Assembly (NCBI GenBank): GCA_976551045.1
Contig: CDPCPM010000436.1
Span: 1,054,001 to 1,118,000, forward strand
DNA: 64,000 nucleotides
Direction: 5' to 3'
Origin: Glaucostegus cemiculus
Lineage: Eukaryota
Each line of letters starts with the position of its first letter. The first letter of the stretch is position 1. This document shows, piece after piece, positions 1 through 14,109 of this stretch. The notes under the pieces are model-generated. The model ran no database searches, had not been told where the DNA came from, and was given only the letters and a program-made list of their open reading frames with translations. Both the position numbers and the translations under genes were made by a program.

Positions 1-998
1 TCCAACAATTCCCATTACAGTCGCCGTCCTTCCCCACGGCTGGAGAAATCCCCACCCCGGAACGGTGGTCCTGCCTCTGCACTGTAGGAGGGCTGGATCT
101 GTCTCAGCTCTGCACTGGAGTCAATTCAGCCCCTCGAATGAACCCTGCTGTTTAATTTCATGATCTATTTACTCGTGCTCCACACCGGGATGCGTTCACT
201 TTTGATCCGCCTCAGTCCAGTCAGCAGAAGTAAAGTTCGTGCGACATTCCGGCAGATTTAACACAGTGAGCCTCGGTCCGATTCCAGGGAATCTGTGGCG
301 CCACCCGTCATTGTTGTCGTAGAAAAGGAAGGAAAGCCGCGGATTCTTTCTAAATAAAAGCTCCACCGAGGAGAAATGCGAAGCAGGGGCGGGCTGGACG
401 GGGAGTGCGGCTCCGGTTACCGTAAGTTCCAGATATCATCCGGGTTTGAACGGGTCGATTCCGCTTCTCAACCGATCATCCTCCCGCTCTATTTGTCCAC
501 ATTTCCAGTTCGGTCACTGGGCAGGGAGCCTTGGATATCCACAGGGGCCTGCGGAACTCGGAACCTCACAACACGCCTTTCTGTCAGCCAACAGTTTACG
601 TGTACTGTTCCGAAATTCAGTGTCGACGAATTCAGGATTCGGGGAGTTACTGAGGCCGAGCAACGAGAACTAAGCGTAGGGAGCTGGGTCTGGATTTGGG
701 AGTTTTGGGGTAATCTTCACTGGGAGTTGGTGAGGTCCTAGAGGACGGTGGGTTCAAGAAAGAGACCTGGGCGATGCCAATAATCTGGGCAACTCGTCAT
801 GAACTAGTTCATACTCAACGGGCCGAATGGCCGCATTCTATGCCCCACATTTCATTCATACTCTGTATTGTCGGTGGTTTGTGATAATGTCTGTGGCGGT
901 TCCTTTCTCCGGAGTTCGGCTAGGTGTGTGGCGCTTCTGACGGATTCCATCAACTGATGAGGTTTCTCTTCAACCTCCGACGCCGCTCTCACACACAG

Positions 999-1327
999 GT
1001 AGCGTGTCCCGGAAGCCCTGGGTTCTCCTGCTCCCTCCCTCACAGGACCAAACCGGCTCGGGCTCGGCCACTCTGTCCTGCCTGGTGAGCGGCTTTAAGC
1101 CGGGCTTGGTGGCGCTGCTCTCGAGCGTGGATGGAGTGGAGACGGAGAGCGGGGTGACGACAAGCCCCGTGTCCCTGGACACCGACCAGACCTACAGGCT
1201 GAGCAGTTAACTGCGGGTCCCCGCCACTGCCTGGAACAAGGGCTCGAGCTACTCCATCAGTGTGAATCACAGCTCGCTGAGCTCGCCTCTGCGCAACACC
1301 ATCTCTTCGTCCGGCTGTGCTCAGTGA
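999..1327 (+). pseudogene. Ig light-chain constant exon, sigma-2/sigma-cart (type I/NS5-like), pseudogene copy 1
   Basis: Acceptor cacag|GT at 998/999. Reads GSVSRKPWVLLLPPSQ..SATLSCLVSGFKPG..TYRLSS*LRVPATAWNKGSSYSISVNHSSLSSPLRNTISSSGCAQ*, which matches my recollection of shark type I L-chain C. Lesions: TAA at 1208-1210, core Trp->Ser, second Cys->Ile. AATAAA at 1630-1635. Confidence 0.9.
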
Positions 1328-4300
1328 CGCCGCGCCAGTTGGCAGCACACGCGGATTCTTCGCTCCTGTTTAATGCAGTGAAACCCTCACTGGGTCTATG
1401 CAGAGCTTTGTGCAATGTAATCTTGGTTTGTCCGCTTCTAGGAACAAAAACGGAATGTTTAATGATTTCAAAAATTAGCGCGATGACTATCCGCCTTTTG
1501 AGCCATGTAATTCTCTGTCGAATTGTCCCCACTGTCCTGTGTCTGAACTTCCGCTGTGTGTAGAATAGGGAGACATCCTCCTGTAGACGGTAACCATGTT
1601 GTGTTGGGATCTTGTGTAACACAGCTCCTAATAAAGTGGAAATTCAGCGGTTTACGGTGGTCTATTTTTACTCAGCTGTCCACGGTACATAGAGGGGATT
1701 GGCAGCGAATAACATGGCGCCGAGGGTCACCTCACGCAGAATTACAGTCACATCAACTCAAACCCCTCATTCCGCCCCACCCGATCGATGCCGATCTCTA
1801 TGTCCTCCACCGGCCTCTTCCTTCTCGTCTCACCTCCCACCGTCATCGATTCTTCGTTTCCTCCACATGTCCACCCTGTTCCCCTCTGTAAATAGGCCTA
1901 ACCCCGATCCTTGCCCCAACCCTTCCCTGTGGGAGGGAAATACACTTTCTCCCTGCTCTTGACCAATCTCTGAATTCCCACTTTGGGAGTGTTGCACTGT
2001 GAGGGTCCTTCCCCTTGACTTGGCCCTTCCCTCCATCTGATGTTATAGATCCTCTCAGTCCGTCCACACAATACTTCCCGGGCACCAAACGGCCCCCATC
2101 AACCCTACCGATCATTATATTCTCGGGGACACACGACATTAATTTCTGTAACTTCTGATTATCGAAAACTGGCAGCTGCTCCCATCCGGGTCAAAGTACC
2201 TGCTCTCCTTCCTGTCTGCTCCTCCGGGGACACGGTGTACGGTTCCCTGTTTAGAAATCCTGGGAGTGAAGCATTTAAAGGTTGGGGGAGAGGAACATGA
2301 TAACGTAACACAGGGAAGCCGGAATAGACCATTCGGCCCCTTTGCACGCACTCTACCATTCTATATCATCACGGTGAATCTCTCACTCAGTGCCGACTTC
2401 CTGCACGAAGTCCTTATCCACTGATTCCTTTCCCATCTCAACATGTCTCAGTCTCTTGGAACTCTCCGCCTGTCAATGTTAATTCACTTTTTGGGCGTCA
2501 CCTGGATTTGTCACAGAGATGGAGTGGCTGAACCGTGAAACAAATGTTAGCTGACTGCAGTGCCCTGTGTGGCCCTTTTAAAGGGACAGCCTGTCTGATC
2601 AACAGGATGGGGTTTAGACAGGGTGTTACTGATAACACAGACTGCGGCTGGCAGCTCCATGCACTCTCATGTAGGATCTCACACTAAATATTATTGGGAA
2701 AGTGGAAGCGCGTGAATTGGAGGAATTAATTGGGGTTGGTCTGAAGGTGAGAGGTGGAGGGGAATAAATATAGGGAACGGCGGGATGAGTAAAGTGGTGT
2801 TCCCCAGAGATCTAGTTTGAACCTTATATCCCAACAATGCCCACAGATGATGAAATGGAGAAATGCACATCCAAGTGTAGAAACGGTTAACTGGTTAAGG
2901 GATGAGTTTCGGAGCAGTAGGAGGTTCCAACCAGAGGTGCAGAGTTTGAGGACAGGTTGATGTTTACTAACTTAAATTCACTGTGGAGGTCCGCGGTATA
3001 GCAGCGGTATCTGTCCAGTGCCGCTGTAATATTCTGGAAAAGGATCGTGGATTCCGGTCGTCGATGAAGTCGTTTGGACGACATTTGGGAGGGGAGTGGG
3101 TGGTGAAATGTTGGTGGTGCGGGGCTGAGCCTACTGTTTCTTTGACCATTAATTCCCACATTTATCACGGGCTCCCTCCACAATGTGTGGGCCTTCTGGG
3201 GTAGAGAGCGCACCGTCTGCGGCATCAGAAACAAAACAGACCATAAAATCAGAATGAACGCACATTCGGGGGACATTCCTCCCTCTGCTGGTTCCCTGCA
3301 ATCATAATTTATTTCACGTATCTTACCAATTTCCGAACAATACAAATGCATTTGTAAAAAAGTAAAAACGGAAAAATGAATGAAATTGTATTAAATATTT
3401 TAAAGCACTAATAATTCTGAATGTTTTAAATATCTTTGACAATTCTGCGGTTTTCCAATGCGTTTGAAAGCACTATAAAAGAAAAATCAATTAAATTAAA
3501 TACCTTAACGAACTGAGAACCCATAACAATTTTTTAAAGAAAATTTCAACTTCCATATAACTGCATTGACGTAAATCGTTAGAGTTATCAAGATTGGCGA
3601 TGGTTACATGTGATTTCCTATATTACTACTCTGTGTAATATGATTGGAATCACCGAACTGAAGCTCGGCTACATTTCCAGTCACTCTCATCACGTGGGCA
3701 GTGCACATCTTCCCAGCAATTTAAAATTCTGACGATTTCATAAAACAATTGTCCACCATTTATTCAACGTCCGTCTGTCAGTGCCTTGGTTGAAGGACCG
3801 AGTGACTTTCACCAGATTTACTGATATGCAAAGTCCGTTGAGTTTGCAGTTGGCCTTCCTGGGCCGCTTTTGTAGGGTAACAGGTTATTAGTACCTACAC
3901 CTGGTGTTGTTGCTGAATTACTCATACCTGGTGGTCCGTGTCATACAACGAATGTATTGTGGGTGCCTGTGGCTCTCACTGATCTGGCAAAAAGCGATAG
4001 CAGTGAAGATGCCCGTACCTTAAATGTGCACTTGTTCTGCGTTAGCGATCATATTTGTCCAATCAGCTTCTGGCTGATTCCCAAATTTCGAACACGGAAT
4101 TACTCCTTCTGTATGATCCAATATTTGCAATAAACGGATATATGTCCGGAGTACTGGGAACGTTTGTCAACATGTCAAATTGTTGCACAGCTCTCTGCTG
4201 AAGTGTAATAAGAAGAGAGAAGAGGTTGCGAAAAGGAAAGGTCAGGTAATTTCATCAAGTGTTTGCACTTGGTCAACACAGGGATTAGACGCCTTTGATC

Positions 4301-5179
4301 GGCGTCAGGAAGCCCATTACCTGACGACGTTGCTCCACAGTCCCGGTCAAGTGTGGGGTATCTGCCCCGCCACCACTTAACTTTCTTTCCAAGACTGTGG
4401 CCTGGGAGAGTATTCCCAATATTCCCATCCGCCGCACATCGTGCCGGGAATCCGACCCTTCATATTAATACAAGTCACCTGTCAATGTCGTCGTAGAAAA
4501 TGAAGATTTAGTGCAGATTAAACAAAGATACGTTAATGGGAAATGCTGGTAAGAGAGTGGAGCGGGAAGAGACCAGTTAGTGCAGTTTCGCTCTGTTTTT
4601 TCCATCATCTCCTGTTCCGTCACTGGGCAGAGTGTCTTAGATATCCACAGAGCACATGGATATCCACAGAGCCTTTCCCACCTCTGAATGTCACAAACCG
4701 ACTTTGCACCGGTCAACAGTTTAAAGTGAAATGTTCGCAAATTCACGGACGGAGGAGTTCGAGACTTCGGGAGTTACTGAGGCAGCGCAGGGAACTGGTC
4801 TCAAAACGGACGAATAACTGGGCAGCACTGAGTCCAGGGAACTGGGGAATGCATTGGCCGAGTGTTATGGTAAGCTTCACATAGGGCTGGACGGATCTAG
4901 AATTCTCTGCCAAAGAAAACATTTAATTGCACGCGGTGACCGCACAGGACGTCGGACCAAAAGCCAGGAGGTAGAGTTAGTTTGGACGGTTATTGTTGAT
5001 CAACAGAATTGGCGCTTCCTGCACCACGTTTCACCCAACTGTCTCAATAATCGGTGGTTTGTGATAATGTCCGTGGAGGAGTTCCTTTCTCCGGAGTGCG
5101 GGTCAATGTGTGGTGCTGCTGACGGATTCCTCCAACTGATGATGTTTCCTCCCCCCTCCGCGCCCTCTCTCAAACAGAG

Positions 5180-5508
5180 GTAGCGAGTCCAGGAATCCTT
5201 CGGTTCTCCTGCTCCCTCCCTCACCGGACGAAACCGGCTCGGGCTCGGCCACTCTGTCCTACCTGGTAAGCGGCTTTATGCCGGACTTGGTCGCGCTGCG
5301 CTGGAGCGTGGATGGCGTAGAAAGAGAGAGCGGGGTGACGACAGGCGCAGTGTTCCCGGACACTGACCAGACCTACAGGCTGAGCAGTTACCTGCGGGTC
5401 CCCGCCGCTGCCTGGGACAAGGGCTCGAGCTCCTTCTGCAGCGTGACCCACAGCTCGCTGAGCTCGCCTCTGCGCAACACCATCTCTTCGTCCGCCTGTA
5501 CGCAGTGA
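5180..5508 (+). pseudogene. Ig light-chain constant exon, sigma-2/sigma-cart, copy 2 (open frame but first Cys->Tyr, no V-J upstream)
   Basis: Reads GSESRNPSVLLLPPSPDETGSGSATLSYLVSGFMPDLVALRWSVDG..SSYLRVPAAAWDKGSSSFCSVTHSSLSSPLRNTISSSACTQ*. B-strand TGC->TAC. Acceptor altered (caaacagag|gt). AATAAA at 5628-5633. Confidence 0.88.
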
Positions 5509-8500
5509 GGCCACGCCAGTCGACAGCACACGCGGATTCTTCGCTCCTGTTAAATGCAGTGAAACCCTCAATGGATCTGTGCTGCGGCTTTGTGCAATGT
5601 GATTGTGTGGTGTTATCCGCTTCTGGGAATAAACGGAATATTTAATCATTTCAAAAATGAGCGCGATGACTGTCCACCTTTTGCGCCATGTAATTCTCTG
5701 TAGAATTGTCCCTACTGTCCTGTGTGTGGTTTACAGTGATGCTTCTTTACTCAGCTGTTCAGTGTACTTTGAGAGGATTGGAGGCGAATAATGTGACGCC
5801 CAGGAGCCGCTTGCCACAGAATTACTGTCACATCAGCTCAAACGTCTCATTCCGCCCCTCATGACCAACGCCGATCTCTGAGTCCTGTTCCGGCCTCCTC
5901 CTCCTTTTCTCACCTCCCGCCATCACCGGGATCCCCTATTTTTTGTTTCCTCCACGTATTTTATACTGTTTCCCCTTTTAAACACCCACCCCCGATCTTC
6001 GCTTCAAACCCACCCTGTGGGAGGGAGATCCACATTCTAATCTCTCTGACTTTCCCGTTGGGAGGGTCCTGTTCTGGGCACACAAGCTCAGGGACTGGAA
6101 TATTTAAGAGGTTGGGAGAGGAACCTAATAACATAACACAGGGAAGTCGGAATAGACCATTCGGACCCATTGCGCCCTCTCCACTATTCTATATATTTAT
6201 GGTGAATCTTTCACCTCAGTGCAAACTTCCTGCACTAACTCCTTATCCAATGATTCACGTCAGATGCTAACATATCTCAGTCGCTCGGAACTCCTCACCA
6301 GTCAATGTTAATTCATTTTGGGGACGTGACCTGGATTTGTTACGTGAGATAGAGTGGCTGAACCGTGAAACAAATATGCGCGGACTGCAGGGCGCGTGTG
6401 GCTCTGTTAAGGGCAGATCCTGTCTGCTAAACAGGGCGACAGGGGTGATCGAGCGCGTTAATGATAAGACAGACTGTGGGTCGAGGCTACACCCTTTCCA
6501 GACAATTATATGAATTTTCACACAAAAGATTATTGGGCGAAGTTTGATCGTGTGAATTGGAGGAATTCCTTGGAGTTCACTGAAAGGCGGGAGCTGGAGA
6601 GACGCAGGGATATGTGTATAAGGAACCTCGGGATGCGTAAAGTGGTGCTTCCCAGAGATCTTGTTTGTCCTTTATATCTCACTAAGCCTGCCGATAAAGG
6701 AATAGATAGGAGTAACTCCAAGTTTTAAAAACGGCCAAATGTCGGGACTTGTTTCTGAGCAGAGGGCGTTTCCAGCCAGAGATGCTGAGTTTGCGATCGG
6801 CTTGATATTGGTCAAGTGTGCATCACTGTAGAGGACTGAGCGTTATCCCGGTTGGATCCAGTCCCGCTGTTATATTCCAGAGCAGAACCGCAGATTCCGG
6901 TCGCTGATGAAATCGTTTGGACGTTAGTTTGGTGGGGAGGGCGATGGTGAAATGTTAGTGATGTGGGGCTACGTCAGGTGTTTCTTTGACTATTAAGTCC
7001 CATATTAATCACTCGGGACTTGATTCATTTCACAAAGTGTGAGCCATCTGGGGTAGAGAGAGCATCGCCTGCGGCATCAGAAACAAACCAAACCGTAAAA
7101 TGAGAATGAAGCGAACAATCGGTATATTCCGCCCTCTGCTGGTGATCTAAGGTATTGCTATCATAATTTTTTGAAAGTATCTGAACAACTTCCGATCAAT
7201 CCAAATGCGTCTGAAAAATTAAAAAGGCAACAGTAAATGAAATTGTATTTAATATTTCAAAGCACTAATATTTCTGCGTGTTTAAAGTATATTTGACACT
7301 TCCGGGGGTTTGCAATGCGTTTGAAAACATTAAAAATCAATTAAATTAAATTACAAAACAGAGACATAACACAAAATACAATAACGCAGTTCAAAGAAAA
7401 TTTCGACGTCCATATAACTACGTGCACTTAAAATGTTAGAGTTATCAAGATTGGGAAGGTTTAGACGTGATTTCCTAAATTACTACCCTGTGCAATATTA
7501 TTGGAATCACGGAACTGAAGTCCGTCTGCATTTCCAGTCACTCACATCACGTGGGCGGCGCACATTTTCCCAGCAAGGGCTTTTCTGACTATTTCATAAA
7601 ACAAGTGCCCGGCATTCATTCAATGCCCGTCTGTCAGCATCTTGGTTCAAGCAACCGAGTGGACGTTCACCAGATTTACTGAAGATGCAAAGTCAGGTGA
7701 TTTTGTAGTTACAACCTGTTGGCCTCCCTGGGGCGCATTTGTGGGGCAACGGGTTATTAGTACCTACACCAGGCAATGAATGTATTGTGGGTGCCTGTGC
7801 CGCTCATTGATCTGGCAAAAAAGCAAAAGGCATGAACATGCCCGTGCCTTGAATGTGCTTTTGTTCCGCATTAGCGATCATGTTTGTCCAATCAGCGTCC
7901 AGCTGATTCCCATATTTCGAACACTGATTTGTTCCTTCTGTATCAGCTTTAGCTTCTGTATTCAGCTTTTGGATCAGAACGAATCAGCATCTGGTTCAGC
8001 TGGGGAAAGTAATTCCTACTTTTCGAGCACATAATCGTCCCATCAGCATGATCTCATGTTTGCAATAACAGGTTTATGTCCGTAGTACTGAGGACGTTTC
8101 TCAAAATGACAACTCGTTGCACAACGCTCTGCCAAAAGGTAAAAGAAGGATTTGAAGGGTAGAGAAAAGGTCCGGTGCTCCAAGTTCCACTCGTGAACAA
8201 ACGGTGGCAGTAGAGAGTCGACACGCCAGCCTGTAAGGAACACGGCAGCCATAAGACATTGGAGCAGAATTCAGCCCATTTGATCGTGGCTGTTTCATTT
8301 TCCTTCTCAACTCCATTCCCTTGCCTTCTCCCCGTAACCTTTGACGCCCTTACTAATCAGGAAACTATCAACGAATTAAATATACCGAGTAACTTGGCCT
8401 TCACAGACGTCTGTGGCAATGGCAGCTCTAATCATTTACTATGGTGAAGATTGAGGATTCGCTGTCAGCTCTGCTCTCTGGGGAGAATCCCTGGGTGCTA

Positions 8501-9177
8501 TCCTGGAGTGGTGCTGGGATTACTCAGACCGACCTGGGTGGACGACGTCTTGGTTGAAAAAAGATCCAGCAATGCCGTATATAAATAGCACCCTCCATTT
8601 CACCAATATCTGCCCACACCCATCACCGTCCCCCCCCCCCCCGCCCTACCCGATATCGCTACCCTCCACGATTTTTGCTGACTTCAGTACATGGGTGATT
8701 CGGTGGGGGGCGGCTGGGGGTATATTCGGCAGCACAGCAGTTCAAATGAGACAAACAGGAAGCCGCCCAGTCCAGTTACAGAACTACAGGTTGGCAATTC
8801 GTTGTTTATGCCCTGTAACTATGAACCGGACACATTTATGACCTCAAGTGCTTAAACAAAGTTACAGCACTGGGAATTGAACCCCTAGAGCCAGGAACAT
8901 GAGCAGGTCGTTCAGCCCATGGAGGCGGTTACTCGGGAACGGTAGGGGAGGAGGAGGAAATTCAGCCACTGGACCCCGTTACAGCGGAAATGAAAGAAAC
9001 ATTCAGTCCATCAAATGTGACGGACTGGAAGCAGCGAATCCCCTTCGATATCCAGGAACATTGCGGAGAACAGGAGGAGATTTTCCATTCAATCGCATCC
9101 AGACTGATCCGCACTAAAGTCCTTATACATGCCCAAGGTCCATCCCCACTCACAGCCTCAGTGACTAATCAAATTTC

Positions 9178-9330
9178 ACCACAAGATCACAAGGTCACAA
9201 GACAAAGGAGCAGAAGTGGACCATTCACCCCATCGAGTCTGCTCCATGGGCGAATCTAAACTATTCCTATCTAGCCCCTATTTCGGGCTTTTTCCACGTA
9301 TCGATTGATACTTTCACTAATTATATACCT
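9178..9330 (-). mobile_element. Short 3' end of a CR1 LINE (same family as the 53.6-58.1 kb element)
   Basis: cacaagatcacaaggtcacaagacaaaggagcagaagt tail matches 53651-53700. Confidence 0.7.
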
Positions 9331-9559
9331 ATCAAATGTGGCCAGGTGTGATAAAACCGTCTGACAGGGAAAAAATATCTAGTGAATGAGGAGAAGGAAG
9401 TCAATTCACCTTGACGGAGGCCACTGTACACGGGGCTCGTGAAGCAGCACGGCGGGAGTGGTGATCATCAGCGATGTGCGGCAAGGATCAGCCCTGGGCC
9501 CTCACACATTGACTGATCTTAATGACTGAGTTTGAAGGATCATTCAGTGAGGCCATATG

Positions 9560-11690
9560 GACAGAACTTGGAAACAATAAGGGGAGGGTCATTCCAATGG
9601 GATTGTATTATCGACCCCCAATAGTCATCGCAAAATTGATGCGTGGATACGTAGAGAGGTTGCAGCTAGTTGTGAACATAATAGGATAGTATTAGTGGAA
9701 GATTTTAACTTCCCTAATATAGATTGAGGCAACTACCGTGTAAGACGTTTGGACGGAGTGAAATTTGCGAAATGTGCCGAGAAAGCTCCGTTTATCAATA
9801 ATAGAGAGACCAATATGTGGAGGCGGTGCGATTCTAGTCCTCCTCCAGTGACCATGATTCTATTTAGTTATGGAGAATAACAAGACCAGTTCACAGGTTG
9901 TGGTTCTGAACTGGGGCAGATGAAATTTTGAAGCCATTGGGCGGTATCTTGCGGCAGTTGATTGGGTTGGGAGGGATAGGTTGGGTGAGATTGTTTGCAG
10001 GGAAACGAGCGTCTGCCAATCGGATGCCTTTAAAAGTGTGACGTCAGGAGTTCAGGGGCCGCATGTTCCTGTCAGGGTGAAGGGCAAGGCTGGCAGGTTT
10101 TGGGAACCCTGGTTGAAGAGAGATATTAAGGTGAATCTCTTAATTACAATAAGTGTAGGTGTGCATAAGAGAGAAGTTAGAAGGGTAAAAGAGGATATGT
10201 GAGGGACCTGGCAGACGAGGTGAGGTAAAATCGCTAGGTATATTAATAGTAAAAGGCTGGCTATGGAGAGAATAGATCCCCTTACAGATCACCATTGGCG
10301 ACTATGTGTGGAACCAAAGGAAATGGGAGAGATTTTCACTGAATATTTCTCTTCATTCTTCACTGTGGAGAAAACGATGGAAGGGAAAGAAATGGGAAAA
10401 TAAGAGGCGATGCCTTGGACCACATACAGATTACCAGAGAGGAGGTACTGGAAGCCTTAAAGTGCAATAATGTGGATAAATCCCCAGGGCCGGTCCTGGT
10501 GCATTCTTAGATCTTGTGGGAACCTGGAGAAGACATTACAGAGGCCCTTGCAGAGATTTTTACTTCATCTCTGACCACGGTTCTGGAGGACTGGAGCGTG
10601 GCTAATTTGTGGCACAGGTTACAAAGGGTATTAAAAAAAAGCCATGGAAGTTACAGACCAGTGGATCTGACATCGGCGGTGGGTAAATATCTGAAGGAGA
10701 TTCTGAGTGACCGAACATTTAGAGATACAGTAAGCATGATTTGTGCGTGAGAAGTCGTGTCTGACTAATCTCTTTGAGTTCTTTGAGGAGATAACCAACA
10801 GGGTAGAGGAAGGAAGCCCAGTGGACGTTGTGTATATGGACTTTAGCAAGGCATTTGACGAGTTCCTTCATCGCAGGCCAGTCTGGAAGGTCAGATCGCA
10901 CGGGATCCACGGCGAGACAGTGGATTGCATTCATAATTGCATCAGTGTTAGGAAGCAGAGGGCGATGGTGGACGGTTGTTTTATTTTGGATTGGAGGAAG
11001 GGAACTGCCGAGGGTTCGGGTGGAACCCTGCATCAGGACAGGTTTGTAACATCTCCATGTTTGCTGATGATACCTTGGTTTGTCAGCACGATGCAGAAAG
11101 ATCGCTGTACACGGGCGGGGAAAGGATGGAACAAATAAAATGCGGGAAAACGTGAGGTCATCTACTTGTGCTGAAAAATGGCAGGAAATATAGTCGACAA
11201 TTCGGGTACCGTTTAATAACGAGAGATTGATACCAAGGGACCTGGGTGTCTTTAGGTAGATCACAGAACGTTAACATCTAAATAAATCAAACAGCTGATG
11301 AAACAAGTAATTTTTTTGTGCTTTATTGCAAGAGCATTTGTGCATCCGGGAAAAAAAAAACCATTTAACTGCATTTATGAAGAGCCCGAGAGAGTTCAAT
11401 TGGAATGTAGTCCTTCAATCTCATCTTCCACATAGTGAGAGGACATGCAGTTTATGGGGGGAATGGGTGAAAGTTAACATAATTTATTCCCAGGAGCAGG
11501 TTTCCCATCTAACGAGAGATTAAGCACTCTGAACCTCTCACCTCCAGCGTTAGAAGGGATGAAACGTAATCCCACTGAGGCAAAGCTTTGATGACATGGA
11601 CTCAGTGGTGATCATTCCCCTGGCCGGGGTGCCGAGGACCCAGTCTCGGAATATCCAGTCTGTCAATGCGGGCTGGAATGAGGAGAAGCT
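9560..11690 (+). mobile_element. Decayed CR1 LINE ORF2 fragments
   Basis: SCLTNLFEFFEEIT..VDVVYMDFSKAFD and YRPVDLTSAVGK motifs with many stops and frameshifts. Confidence 0.85.
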
Positions 11691-11699
11691 GAGCCGCGT

Positions 11700-12200
11700 C
11701 CATCCAGGACGTGGATAACATCATTTGCATATCTTCATTTCATTAATCCATGAAGTTTCTTGTGAGTGGCCTGCACTGAATGTTGACGGCGGAGGAATCA
11801 GCAATGGAGGTGTCAGTGAATATCACGGGATGGTGGCCAGACTCCTTCCTGTTGAAAGCCTGGCACATGTGTGGTGTGAATGTTATTTGCCTTCTCCCAG
11901 CCTTGCCTGGGTGTTGTTCAGATCTTGTCTCACACGACATTATTTGCGCAGATAGAAACTGCAGAGAACACAGGGCAATGGTCAGTTCACATCCCGAGTT
12001 CTGATCTAATGACTGGAGGAATGTGATTGGTGACACAATTAGAAGCGGTTGGGCCCCGGCCACTGTCCTGAGGAACTTGGCAGTGATGTCCTGGGTCTGC
12101 AATGATTGGCCTTCGACAATAATCGCCCTTTGCCCAAGGACTGACTCCAGTTTCCGAGGTTTGACGCGGACCCACTATCCTGCTACCTTGGAGAAACGAT
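11700..12200 (-). mobile_element. Decayed L2/CR1-superfamily LINE RT fragment (different family)
   Basis: QDITA..., ITFTPHMCQAFNRKESGHHPVIF..IADSSAVNI resembles an elasmobranch LINE RT C-terminus. A related piece lies at about 52540-52800. Confidence 0.6.
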
Positions 12201-13097
12201 CATCAGCCGACTGGGGAATATATACTTCAAGGACTGGCATGCTCCAGGAGTGATTTTCTGAATCCCGATTCTGAGCCGGTGCATTGATGAGGCAGCTCTG
12301 GGGACGGTAGAGATAGGTTGAGGGGATTTAACAGACTTGATGCGGGGAAGCCTTGGTATCATTGTCTGTAATTTGTCTGTAATTTAATGAGGGACAGATA
12401 AATGGACTAACTTTCTTTGGAAACCTGCTTTACTGAGACACTAAATGGTCAGAGCCGGATTCTAAACTGTGACTTGCCAAAGATGAATGGAGAACATTGA
12501 AAACGCAACTTAGCCATTGAAGAACGAAAAATATAACCAAACGCAAGAGGACAGGCTTGTCAGGGGATGTAAATTGAATGCACGAGATTGTTACGGAGTC
12601 CTGCAACATAGAAACAGGCCCTTCGGCCCTCATTATCCAGTACCCATCTACACTTGGTCTGTCACCCTCCCTGCTTTGCAGACTTAAGTCCTTGTCTTGA
12701 TGCTACATTGTTTGATAAAGAATGGTCAGCACGTGAGGTTGAATTGATTCGCTGTGTTTGGGATATTTCGAGCAGATACCCGTTACCTTGGACTTACTAT
12801 GGGAACTTGGAGATTGCTTAAGAGGTGGGGCAACTTGACAGTTAACATCTTGGAGACCTGTGCCCATAGACAAGACCTGTGCCAGAGGATCAATGTGGCT
12901 GTCAGGTGCCCCCTCACCTGCTCTTCCTCAGCTCCATTGTTGACCTGCAGGATTCACATTGGAGGTGGGTTAGAACAAAGAGCCAGACCATGAAATCCCA
13001 AAGAGTAAAACAGGCTGCACTCACACAATTGCTTCAAATGCTGAAACACCTGTCACAGGAGCAGTATCAGTATATGGCATCAAACAACATTAGATGT

Positions 13098-13365
13098 CAG
13101 GACAGAGAGAGACAGACGGAAGGACACTGACAGAGAGATGGGCAGAGAAAGCGAGAGAGGGACAGAGAGTGAGTGAGAGACAGACAGAGGGACAGAGAAA
13201 GAGAGAGGGAGGGATGGAGAGACAGAAAGTCAGAGAGAAACAAACAGACAGACAGAAAGATGGGCAGAGAGAAAGAGCGAGAGGGAGAGAGGGAGAGATG
13301 ACAGAATGAGAGAGAGAGAGAGAGAGATAGACAGACAGAAAGAGAGGGAGAGAAGTGTAGGGAGG
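13098..13365. repeat. (GA/GACA)n compound microsatellite
   Basis: Visible directly in the sequence. Confidence 0.95.
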
Positions 13366-14109
13366 GAATTCCAGAGCTGGGGGCCCAAGCAGGTGAAGGC
13401 ATAGCCACATGTGGTACCATGATGGAATGTGACGATGTTGCCCTCGCACGGAAGCGTCCTCCCACACTGTAGTTGCCACTGCTCATGTCACGTTGCCTTT
13501 CCATTCTCTTCCGCTACATGTTTCTGCTCCCCTATCCTTCAGTGCCTGGTCGCCACTCTCGGCACTGCCCACATTGGGAAAAGCCTCTGGAATATCTTTT
13601 CTCGGGCCTATTTTGTTTGCACTCTCTCACAAGGAGAAACGATTTCTCTGCTTGTCTCCCCTGCGCACTTTGTGATTTGAACCATCTCCAGCCAATCTTC
13701 CCTACATCCGCTGTGGTTCAGGGAAAAGCGCACCCAACAGCCCACCTGTTCCTGCAGGTCTTCTCGCCACCTCCCCAACATGCATGTCACATGCATGGAC
13801 ACTGACAGAGGCCTGCATGTCCAGGGTACCTGTCGCCTTCCCTTCTTTCTACCCCATGTGTTCACAAACAACCTCCCTTTGAAGTTTGGTCACTGCTGTA
13901 ATGTGGCAAAAGCAGCAGCCGCACTGCGCACAGTAAGATCCCACAATGGCAATGCCAGCATCGGCTTCAGTGACGCTGATTGGCGGAGCAGTGTTGGGAA
14001 GTGGTGGGAGAGGATGACTTGCCCCTTTCCCCGTTATTACCGGAGACCTCTTATTTACATAAGCTGGGGGGAGCGGTCTTGCTTCAGGTCTCAGCTGGAA
14101 GGTAGCGCC

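Larger units (their letters stand above)
1..8170 (+). repeat. Diverged tandem duplication, about 4.2-kb unit (part of the J-C intron + C exon + 3' flank)
   Basis: Colinear similarity of about 300-4250 to about 4480-8170. Examples: gtcattgttgtcgtagaaaa vs gtcaatgtcgtcgtagaaaa, both C exons, and ttagagttatcaagattgg at about 3580 and 7436. Confidence 0.85.

Noticed and set aside
262-300. CACAGTG heptamer as an RSS
   Set aside because: No nonamer at 12 or 23 bp spacing and no adjacent V/J coding sequence.
2887-3351. 154-aa minus-strand ORF with a signal-peptide-like segment
   Set aside because: Frame is not preserved in the duplicate at about 6.7-7.2 kb, and it adjoins an old CR1 remnant (SGVPQ-like at about 2795).
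13090-13504. Ser/Leu-rich and Arg/Glu-rich ORFs
   Set aside because: Translations of the GA microsatellite.
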